DNA of 64,000 nucleotides. It comes from an uncultured Candidatus Actinomarina sp. (GTDB taxonomy: Bacteria; Actinomycetota; Acidimicrobiia; Actinomarinales; Actinomarinaceae). The notes below the pieces were generated by a model. It was not told the origin of the DNA. It made no database searches and saw nothing but the letters and a program-made list of their open reading frames with translations. Location: the NCBI GenBank assembly GCA_902587025.1, contig CACIJJ010000004.1:4510-68509 (forward strand). The letters are read 5' to 3'. Position numbers and translations under genes: made by a program. Shown here piece by piece: positions 36,327 through 44,680 of the stretch; position 1 is the stretch's first letter, and each line of letters opens with the position of its first letter.

Positions 36327-38508
36327 TTTTTATAGATCTAATAAAAATAATCAATGATAAGAATAATGAAAATATTGAAAAATAGAAGCTGTTTTTTTCG
36401 AGTGTGGTTATTTCAAAGTTGATCTCCACATATTCTTGATTAGGTATTACTGACATGAATGAGGGAGAGGTTCTAAATGGCCCTAACCCATTTGAAATAG
36501 ACCAATTTGGAAAGTAAGAAACTTTAATTAAATGTAATTCGCCAGGATTGTTTGTAAAAAATGATATTTTCTTATTTGTAATTTTTATGTCTGTAACTTC
36601 TAAATCGTTCTTATTCGATGGCTGTATCAATATTTTATTAGTTACTTCAATAACTCTCTTTTCATCAAGTTCATCAAAATTTTCATATGCTTTTTGAAAA
36701 AAATTAGTTATATTAGTATCTCTAAAAACTGAACTAAGAATACCTTCTTGTTTGTTTACTTTTGAAAACACATCAATATCTTGATAAATTAATTCTACTT
36801 TTAAGGAATTGACTTCAAATACTGAAAACGGCTCTGATGAAAAAAGAAATGTCAGTCTTTCCGAATTCATTGCTTTACTTTCAATTTCTTCTGTATACGT
36901 AATAAAATAATCTACACCTAGGTCATAAAGATAATCTACACCTTTATCAAATTGGTTATTTATATATGACAGTCCACCTACTGGATTTGATGGTCTTTTT
37001 GCCAAACCAGATACAGAGATAAAATGAAATGGGGTTGTAATACTTGAATCAAAATATAAACCTTCCATACTTGTATGTTTTGTAAAATAAGGAATTGTCA
37101 TTAGTGTCATTGGGGTTCCATATTTATTCATATCTGAATTAGGTTCCCACATAATCCTTCCAGGTTTTAAATTATCTAATTGTGTGTATAAGCTTTGAAT
37201 TTGATTCCAGTCGTTCTTTCCTTCGTAGCCTGTAAAATTCCAATTAAGCCAATGTGGCAAGAAGGATATAGTAGAAAAAATAATAGAAACAATTAACAAA
37301 TTAAGTTGTACAACAACATTTTTTAAATTTAGAATTGCAAAAATCAATATTATAAAAATGATTGGTAGATAAAGATTTAAATATGATTGGTTAGTAGACC
37401 ATTTTTCATAAAATATATACAAACAATAAATTGTTCCACCTAAAAATAAAGCCGTTAATACATTGACTCCCTGTTGAAAAAGATTTATATCATCAATAAA
37501 AATTTCTATTGCTTTGAAAGATAAAAAAATAATTCCAAGATTGAAAAATGGTATCAATCTACCATTCCAAAGAGCACCTTCTGGGACATAAAAATAAAGC
37601 AGAATAGATGAGGAGATAAGATAAAGATCAAATAAGTTTAATGTCTTCTTTTTAATCAGATTTTTATGCTTTGCTATAAATAAACCAACCAAGATAAAGA
37701 TGATGGGTAAAATATCTTTCTTGATCAAATCATCTAATCTAGTAAATGGAGTGTAACTCATATTTGTTGTATATTCTAAATTCATCAACAATGAGATAGA
37801 CCATCTTGATGCAAGTGCTAAAAAAATAAAGATTGAGAGTATTCTTTGATTTAGATTTTGTTTTTTTGATAACCAGTAAAATGCATAAATTGGCGAATAG
37901 ATAATAAATGGAATTACATGAGACAACAAACAGAGAGCAAGAAAGATTGAACTAATTGTAAATCTAAAATTATTTTCAGATTTTATTAAATAAAAAATTG
38001 ATAGATTTGCAAATGCTAAAGAATACGCAAAAGAAAACTGCCCTGCCAATGTTGATGCTAAATTGCCACCATAAATAGTAAACGACTCAGTAAAAACGTA
38101 AAACAATCCAGCCGTAGCACCATATATTGAAATTTGATTCGATGTTTTTCTCATTAGTTTTTCTATAGAGTAAACAACTAAAATGGTGGACATTACAACC
38201 ATAATTTTGAAAGCGATTCCAAAAGGAAATATAAGATTAAAGATAAATGTGATTATGGCTGGAAGAGGGAAATAAAAATAGTACAGAGGATATCCACCAA
38301 ACCAATCATTTGACCATCCGTTTATTTGAAGATTTGGCATAAAGTCTTTTATAAAAGTATCTATCGCAACAATATGAGCTCCCATATCTCCACCGGTAGG
38401 TGTATTGTTTTCAAAAACTAAATCAATTCTTAGAAATAAAACTAAAACCAGTAAATAAAATAATTGTTGCGAAATATTTGAATTTAAACTTTTAATAATT
38501 GATTTCAT
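36310..38508 (-). CDS. large polytopic membrane protein, putative GT-C-type glycosyltransferase
   Basis: 732 aa. It has about 12-14 hydrophobic helices, a roughly 270-aa soluble domain and a final transmembrane helix. It is linked to the GT2 and GtrA genes. I did not recognise the family, so the function is inferred from context. Confidence 0.45.
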   Translation of the reverse strand: MKSIIKSLNSNISQQLFYLLVLVLFLRIDLVFENNTPTGGDMGAHIVAIDTFIKDFMPNLQINGWSNDWFGGYPLYYFYFPLPAIITFIFNLIFPFGIAFKIMVVMSTILVVYSIEKLMRKTSNQISIYGATAGLFYVFTESFTIYGGNLASTLAGQFSFAYSLAFANLSIFYLIKSENNFRFTISSIFLALCLLSHVIPFIIYSPIYAFYWLSKKQNLNQRILSIFIFLALASRWSISLLMNLEYTTNMSYTPFTRLDDLIKKDILPIIFILVGLFIAKHKNLIKKKTLNLFDLYLISSSILLYFYVPEGALWNGRLIPFFNLGIIFLSFKAIEIFIDDINLFQQGVNVLTALFLGGTIYCLYIFYEKWSTNQSYLNLYLPIIFIILIFAILNLKNVVVQLNLLIVSIIFSTISFLPHWLNWNFTGYEGKNDWNQIQSLYTQLDNLKPGRIMWEPNSDMNKYGTPMTLMTIPYFTKHTSMEGLYFDSSITTPFHFISVSGLAKRPSNPVGGLSYINNQFDKGVDYLYDLGVDYFITYTEEIESKAMNSERLTFLFSSEPFSVFEVNSLKVELIYQDIDVFSKVNKQEGILSSVFRDTNITNFFQKAYENFDELDEKRVIEVTNKILIQPSNKNDLEVTDIKITNKKISFFTNNPGELHLIKVSYFPNWSISNGLGPFRTSPSFMSVIPNQEYVEINFEITTLEKNSFYFSIFSLFLSLIIFIRSIKNVKKT

Positions 38509-38749
38509 TTAAAATCTTTCCAAGATATTTAGTACTTCTTTTACCATTTTCTGACCACTCAGCATACCAGTACGGTCCATGAGGACAACTATTACAAGAT
38601 TCTCTTCCACATTTGATTAATTTTTGCCTATAGGATATTTTTTGTTCATTTCTTGTCGGCCCAAGCTTGTTATCAATTAGGATACGTAATCTTTTTAAAT
38701 CCGATTCTCCTAATTCAGATATTGCTTCTAGAATTTCTCTATCTACCAT
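38492..38749 (-). CDS. small Cys-rich protein with motif C-x5-C-x2-C-x-HGPYWY
   Basis: 85 aa containing KCGRESCNSCPHGPYWYAEWSENGKRSTKYLGK. It overlaps the start of the 732-aa membrane protein by 17 nt. Confidence 0.45.
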   Translation of the reverse strand: MVDREILEAISELGESDLKRLRILIDNKLGPTRNEQKISYRQKLIKCGRESCNSCPHGPYWYAEWSENGKRSTKYLGKILNEINY

Positions 38750-38789
38750 TATTAAAATGTTAATGGAATATTGGTAAGAGTAATAAAGT

Positions 38790-39686
38790 ATGAAAAAAAT
38801 TGTTTATTTATCAGGTGGAATTGGTGGAGCAAAACTTGCAAAAGGTTTTTACAATCTCGACGAAATCGACCTAACAATAATTATCAATACGGGTGATGAT
38901 GAAACTATACAAGGAGTTAGGCTATCTCCAGATATAGATTCTGTAATTTATGCATTAGCTGGAATTGAGGGTGATCTTGGATGGGGCCAAAAAAATGACA
39001 GTTTTGTTGTAACTGAAGAATTTAAAAAATATTTTCCTCAAGAATTTACTATTGGCGATAAAGATCTTGCTTTAAACCTTTTTAGAAATCAATTATTTTC
39101 TGAGGGCAAATCACTTACTCAGATAACAAAGATAATTTCTGATAAATTTGGATTAAATTGCAAAATATTTCCAATGACAGATAATTTAGTTAGTACAAAA
39201 TTGAAAACCACTGAAAATAAATTATTAGACTTTCAAGAATATTTTGTTGAATTAAAATCCGAACCTGATTTAAGTGATATTATTTATTTAAATTCTGAGG
39301 ATGCAGATATAACTAATGAAGTTTCTAAAGCAATTGAAGAAGCTGACAAAATAGTGATTGGACCTTCAAATCCAGTACTTTCAATTGGACCAATTCTCTC
39401 TATAAAAAATTTAAAGGAAAAATTAATTAACGATGATACAACATATATTGTTTCACCATTCATACAAGATAAAGCAATTAAGGGTCCTTCCAAGAAAAAT
39501 TTTGAAGATCTCGGTTATAAAAGTGACATAAGTGGAATAAAAGAGTTTTATGATTATGTTGGAAATTTCTATGTAGTGCATAATGGTGATTCCGATGGGG
39601 CTGAAAATACAATCGAAACAAATATATTATTTAAATCTATAGAAGACTCGACCACATTAGCTAAATTCATTATTGATCATGAATAA
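38790..39686 (+). CDS. cofD: 2-phospho-L-lactate (or EPPG) transferase, F420 biosynthesis
   Basis: 298 aa. It has the diagnostic CofD/FbiA motif LSGGIGGAKLAKG....L..IINTGDD....G...SPDIDSV.YALAG. Confidence 0.85.
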   Translation: MKKIVYLSGGIGGAKLAKGFYNLDEIDLTIIINTGDDETIQGVRLSPDIDSVIYALAGIEGDLGWGQKNDSFVVTEEFKKYFPQEFTIGDKDLALNLFRNQLFSEGKSLTQITKIISDKFGLNCKIFPMTDNLVSTKLKTTENKLLDFQEYFVELKSEPDLSDIIYLNSEDADITNEVSKAIEEADKIVIGPSNPVLSIGPILSIKNLKEKLINDDTTYIVSPFIQDKAIKGPSKKNFEDLGYKSDISGIKEFYDYVGNFYVVHNGDSDGAENTIETNILFKSIEDSTTLAKFIIDHE

Positions 39687-40377
39687 CATAAATATCATTC
39701 CTATTAAAAATCTACCTGAATTTTCACCTAAGCATGATTTAGCCGATGAGTTAATTAAAGGATTTGAAAAAAACAATATTGCTCTAGAAGACAATGATGT
39801 AATTGTTGTAACCCAAAAGATCGTATCTAAAGCTGAGAATAGATTGATAGAAAACAATTTTGTAAATATTGAAGAATTGATTAAAAAAGAATCTTTAGAA
39901 ATTTTAAGAAAAAGAGGCGATACGATAATCGCAAGAACAAAACATGGTTTTATCTGTGCAAATGCAGGTATAGATAAATCAAATATAAAAAAAGGTTCTG
40001 TTTTACTATTGCCTGAAGACCCAGATAAGACATCTAGAGACATACAAAAGAAAATTGAATACAAAACTAATAAAAAAGTCAGCGTGATCATATCCGATAC
40101 GTTTGGAAGAGCATGGAGAAAAGGGCAAACTAATGTTGCTATAGGTTCATCTGGAATTGAACCTTTGGAAAGCTATATTGGTGAAAAAGATGCTTTCGAT
40201 AATGAGCTTTTTGCCACTGAAATTGCAATTATTGACGAACTAGCTGGTGCTGCTGAATTAGTTATGAAAAAAAGTGACAATATTCCTGTAGCAATCATAA
40301 GAGGTGTTGATTATAAATCCTCTGATTTGGGAGTTGGAGAATTAATAAGAAAAGAAGACGAAGATTTTTTTCTTTAA
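39673..40377 (+). CDS. cofE: F420-0:gamma-glutamyl ligase, single-domain form
   Basis: 234 aa. It has VVTQKIVSKAE, ICANAGIDKSN and SDTFGRAWR. No C-terminal nitroreductase-like domain is present. It overlaps cofD by 14 nt. Confidence 0.8.
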   Translation: MIMNNINIIPIKNLPEFSPKHDLADELIKGFEKNNIALEDNDVIVVTQKIVSKAENRLIENNFVNIEELIKKESLEILRKRGDTIIARTKHGFICANAGIDKSNIKKGSVLLLPEDPDKTSRDIQKKIEYKTNKKVSVIISDTFGRAWRKGQTNVAIGSSGIEPLESYIGEKDAFDNELFATEIAIIDELAGAAELVMKKSDNIPVAIIRGVDYKSSDLGVGELIRKEDEDFFL

Positions 40378-40383
40378 TAATTT

Positions 40384-41319
40384 TTATGAATTCTTAAACC
40401 AATCTACTAATTCTTCAATACCTTTATTTAAATCATATTCTGGTTCCCAACCCAAACTTTTCTTCGCTTTGTTGTTATTTAAAACACTCCTCAGCAATTC
40501 TCCGTCTCTTTTAGGTTTGTAATCAGGATCTCCATCCCATGAAGTTTTTAATGCGATTAATGACACTAACTCATTTACAGATGTTTCAACACCAGTACCT
40601 ATATTTAAAAATAAATCATTATCATTTTCAGATGATTTAATTAGTGCACTCACAACATCCGTAACATATATGTAATCTCTTGTTTGGTTTCCATCACCAT
40701 AAATTATTGGTTTTTCATTATTTAACATTTTTCCGGTAAATATTGACATTACTCCTGCTTCTCCATGGGGGTCTTGACGCGGACCATAAACATTTGATAA
40801 ATTCAAAATTGAGTATGACATTTTTTCATTTTCTAACATCAATTTTATAAAATCATTAAGCTTTTTTTTTGCTACACCATAAGGAGAAACTGGCTCACCT
40901 GCAAAGTCTTCTTCAGTAGTTGGAATTACATCAGGTTCACCAAATATTGTTCCTCCAGAAGAGCTAAAAACAAACTTCTTACAATCTGTATTTATTAATG
41001 TTTGTATTAACTTAATAGGCTGTAAGAGATTATGTTCAAAATCTAGTAACGGTTCTTCTACAGAAATTACAACTGAAGATTGCGCTGCTAAATGAAAACA
41101 AATTTCAGGATTAAATTTTTCAATTTCTTTTGTTGATTCATCAGATCCAAGGTCATCATAGATTACATCTACGTTTTCTAACCTGTCTAGATTTGTTTTT
41201 TTTCCGGTCAATAAATTATCAATAACTAAAACTCTTACATTGTTTTTCAGTAATTCCTCTACTAAATGGGAACCAATAAATCCAGCTCCACCTGTTACTA
41301 ATGCTTTTTTATACTTCAT
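40384..41319 (-). CDS. NAD-dependent sugar-nucleotide epimerase/dehydratase, GalE-like
   Basis: 311 aa. It has TGGAGFIGSH and the SDR catalytic motif YxxxK (YGVAKK). Confidence 0.8.
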   Translation of the reverse strand: MKYKKALVTGGAGFIGSHLVEELLKNNVRVLVIDNLLTGKKTNLDRLENVDVIYDDLGSDESTKEIEKFNPEICFHLAAQSSVVISVEEPLLDFEHNLLQPIKLIQTLINTDCKKFVFSSSGGTIFGEPDVIPTTEEDFAGEPVSPYGVAKKKLNDFIKLMLENEKMSYSILNLSNVYGPRQDPHGEAGVMSIFTGKMLNNEKPIIYGDGNQTRDYIYVTDVVSALIKSSENDNDLFLNIGTGVETSVNELVSLIALKTSWDGDPDYKPKRDGELLRSVLNNNKAKKSLGWEPEYDLNKGIEELVDWFKNS

Positions 41320-42179
41320 GATTTAAAAATTTCGTCATTTATTACTGCCTCATCTTCAATTATCGCTTCACTGCAAATTATTGAATTATTAATTTGAACA
41401 CTATTTCCGATGGAACTTGAACCTAATATAACGCTATTCTCTATCAATGTGTCTTTTCCGATGGTCGCTGAATCAGAAATCCAATTGGTTTGATTTTCTG
41501 TATGAGCATATATATACGACTCTCTCGTTCCTACATCTAACATATTTCCATTTACATGAAAACAATCCAATAAATTGTTTTTCGCTAATTCAGGAAATAC
41601 ATTTTTCTCAAAAGAACAGGGTACTTCCAAATTGTTTTTGATTTCTCTGATATCTTTTTTGTGAAAACAATAGACACCTAGGCTTATATTTCTTCCATAT
41701 TTCATATCTTTTGGCTTCTCAATAAAGTTTATTATTTTTGTACCTTCCAACTCGAGTACGCCATATCTTGATGGATCTTCAACGGGTATTGAACAGATAG
41801 TTGAATTTTTTGAATTATTTGCCACTTCCAGGAATGATTCAAAATTCATATCAATGAGTAAATCTCCGTTCATACACAAAAATTTATCATCAAAATCTTC
41901 TATATTCTTAATTACATATCCACCAGTATCTAATTTTTCATGTTCAAAATGTAAGTTGACATTATATTTAGAATTTTTTTTGTAATCTATCCAGTAGCTT
42001 TCATGCTTTATTGAACAAATTAAATTTATGTTATCTAAATTTGATTCTTCCAAATTCTCAAGAATTAAATCTATTAATGGTCTTCCTTTTACCGTAAGTA
42101 ATGCTTTAGGGATACCCTCTGAAAGAGGTCTAAGTCTTGTAGCTTCTCCTCCTACTAAAAGATATATGTCTTTAATCAT
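41316..42179 (-). CDS. sugar-1-phosphate nucleotidyltransferase
   Basis: 287 aa. The N-terminus reads LVGGEATRLRPLSEGIPKALL, and a short hexapeptide-repeat C-terminus follows. Confidence 0.75.
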   Translation of the reverse strand: MIKDIYLLVGGEATRLRPLSEGIPKALLTVKGRPLIDLILENLEESNLDNINLICSIKHESYWIDYKKNSKYNVNLHFEHEKLDTGGYVIKNIEDFDDKFLCMNGDLLIDMNFESFLEVANNSKNSTICSIPVEDPSRYGVLELEGTKIINFIEKPKDMKYGRNISLGVYCFHKKDIREIKNNLEVPCSFEKNVFPELAKNNLLDCFHVNGNMLDVGTRESYIYAHTENQTNWISDSATIGKDTLIENSVILGSSSIGNSVQINNSIICSEAIIEDEAVINDEIFKS

Positions 42180-43551
42180 TGTCCAAAAAATTTAAAAGTT
42201 CTTTAAAGCCAGATTCTATATCGATTTGTAATATGTTTTCCCATAAATTTTCAGCTTTTTTATTTGAAAAGTAATTTTCAACATTTTGCACAAATTTATC
42301 TTTCAATAAGGGTATAGCCTCAACCCTCCTATCTGGATGACCAATAGGAGTTTCAATTTTTACTTTATCAGAAAATGAGCCATCGTTATATTTAAAGTAA
42401 ATCTCATTTGAAATATGTCGTTTAGCAATATCATAATAATTTTTTGTAAAGTCTTTATTTTCATAAACTTTTATCTTCTTTCTCAAAGAATTTACTTGGT
42501 TTAAACCATGAAAATTATCACTATACGTTTCCGAGGTTAAATCTTTAAAAATTAGAGCAGCAGATACCATATATTCAAGAGAGTGATCTCTATCCGAGGA
42601 ATTGTTAAGTTCATTTTTATTACTAATGATTCTCAATGCTGGCTCATGCGTTTCAATAATTACTTCCTTAATATCTTTCTCTTTTTCATGAAATAAATCA
42701 GATAATTGAAAAGAAGCCTCAACTGCAGATTGTCCATGAAACTCTGCCGGATACAATACCTTATACAATATGTTTTGAATTACCCAATCATTAAGTTCTT
42801 TACCAAAGGATAAAATATTTTCATCTAAAAAAACTTTGTTAAATCCCCAAATCTGATCATCTTGTATCTTTTCGTAAATATTATCAGGAAACTCACTTAT
42901 TTCAGCAATTTCAATACCTCTTGATGCGGCATCCCCTGCAGCCCAGCTTTTTCTTTTTCCAACATTTGGTGCCTGTCTATAAGATCTTAAATTGAGGCCA
43001 TCTTGTAGAATGTTATTTACTGTTCTTGATATTGATTCTTCATTTTGATTTGATAATAAAGACGAAAATACTACACCCGATGCAAGTTTGACATAAAAGA
43101 CATGGTCATAACCTTTTTCGTTTAAGGAGGTACCCAATGCTAAGCAACCTTGTATCTCATACATTTGGATTATAGATTGAAGAAATTGTGATAAATTTTT
43201 GTCTTTGTGGTTAAAAAAGTAACTAAATGCTGTTCCAATGTTATCAGACGGATGTGCCCACTCTTTTGCCAAAAAGGTATCGTTATAATCAAACCATCTG
43301 GTCAATATTGAAAGATACCTTGTAATTTCTTTGGCAGATTGCATATCATTTATAATCAAAAAAGGATTTGTATTAGAACCATACTTACCTCGTGTTGCAA
43401 ATCTCATTGGATCTTCATAAGTTGAAGCATTATAAATACAACCCAGAGTATCTAACAGTGACAATTTCGTGGCAAGTAAATTTTCCTCAGAAAATACAAT
43501 ATTCTTTGTAAGATAATTCGAGATTATTTTATCAATATTTTGTTGAACCAA
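42172..43551 (-). CDS. prpD: MmgE/PrpD family protein (2-methylcitrate dehydratase-like)
   Basis: 459 aa with PrpD-like pattern throughout. It is adjacent to a citrate/2-methylcitrate synthase gene. Confidence 0.75.
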   Translation of the reverse strand: MVQQNIDKIISNYLTKNIVFSEENLLATKLSLLDTLGCIYNASTYEDPMRFATRGKYGSNTNPFLIINDMQSAKEITRYLSILTRWFDYNDTFLAKEWAHPSDNIGTAFSYFFNHKDKNLSQFLQSIIQMYEIQGCLALGTSLNEKGYDHVFYVKLASGVVFSSLLSNQNEESISRTVNNILQDGLNLRSYRQAPNVGKRKSWAAGDAASRGIEIAEISEFPDNIYEKIQDDQIWGFNKVFLDENILSFGKELNDWVIQNILYKVLYPAEFHGQSAVEASFQLSDLFHEKEKDIKEVIIETHEPALRIISNKNELNNSSDRDHSLEYMVSAALIFKDLTSETYSDNFHGLNQVNSLRKKIKVYENKDFTKNYYDIAKRHISNEIYFKYNDGSFSDKVKIETPIGHPDRRVEAIPLLKDKFVQNVENYFSNKKAENLWENILQIDIESGFKELLNFLDND

Positions 43552-43554
43552 AAA

Positions 43555-44604
43555 TTAGTCTCTTTCTTCAACTCCGATATATTTTGCAGCAGGTCTAATT
43601 AATGTATCGTCTGCTCTTTGTTCAAAATAATGAGCTGCCCAGCCAACTGATCTACCTGCAACAAAAATAGGAGTGAATAAATTTACATTAAAATCTAACT
43701 CGGAGAGCAAAAGACCACCATAAAAATCAACATTTGGAAATAATTTTTTTTCTTTATCCATGATTTCATCAATTTTCTGAGCGATTTCATATCTCAGTTT
43801 TGCATCATCATCAGAAATTAGTTTCTCAACCCAGCTTTTAACAACCGGACTTCTAGGATCTTGAATTTTGTAAACACCATGACCAAATCCCATAATTTTT
43901 TTCTTTTCTTCAAGCATTTTCATAACACCTGATTTTGCATCATCTACATCTTTAAATGAGTTTATTAATTCAACTGCTCGCTCGTTTGCTCCACCGTGCA
44001 ATTCACCTTTCAACGTTCCAATACCAGAGACAATTGAACTTGTTAAATCTGACCTTGTAGAACCTGTAACTCTTGTAGCAAATGTTGAGGCATTAAATCC
44101 ATGCTCTGCATAAAGAATCAAGATATCATCTAGCGCTTGTAACTGATCACTTGATGCATTATTACTTAACATAGAACTTGCAACTGTATACTTGTCATCT
44201 AATTCGCTCGTATCATTCTCGTTGTAACTCGCTATGACATAAGCTACAGCGGCAGAAATTTGAGTTGTTAAATCTAAATCAGATTTTTTGTCTGATTCTC
44301 CAATATAAGAAACAATTGTTCTAATAACATCCATTGGGTGGAGTCTTGATTTAATTTGTTTGAAAAGATTATTAACATCATTGTCCCCATTTAATTCTGA
44401 ATAGTATTGCTTGAAAAAAGTTGTAAAATCAGAACCGTTTAAATCATCACTTATTATTAGGGATGCAACATCTTCATACGTATGTGTTTCTGTAAGCTTT
44501 ATTGCATCATAACCACGATATCTTAAAGAGGTGCCTTCCATTCCGACGGTAGAAATTTTAGTTTCTCCAGCAATTACTCCTCTTAAGCCAGGTGAATATT
44601 CCAT
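43555..44604 (-). CDS. citrate synthase / 2-methylcitrate synthase, short type
   Basis: 349 aa. It has GLRGVIAGET.IS, HGGANE and GFGHGVYK..DPR. Confidence 0.8.
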   Translation of the reverse strand: MEYSPGLRGVIAGETKISTVGMEGTSLRYRGYDAIKLTETHTYEDVASLIISDDLNGSDFTTFFKQYYSELNGDNDVNNLFKQIKSRLHPMDVIRTIVSYIGESDKKSDLDLTTQISAAVAYVIASYNENDTSELDDKYTVASSMLSNNASSDQLQALDDILILYAEHGFNASTFATRVTGSTRSDLTSSIVSGIGTLKGELHGGANERAVELINSFKDVDDAKSGVMKMLEEKKKIMGFGHGVYKIQDPRSPVVKSWVEKLISDDDAKLRYEIAQKIDEIMDKEKKLFPNVDFYGGLLLSELDFNVNLFTPIFVAGRSVGWAAHYFEQRADDTLIRPAAKYIGVEERD

Positions 44605-44680
44605 AGTTAATTAATTCTACATGTAAATTAATAAATTCGACTAGTGCAAAGTTGAATTTTATGAATACTAAAATCTTTTC

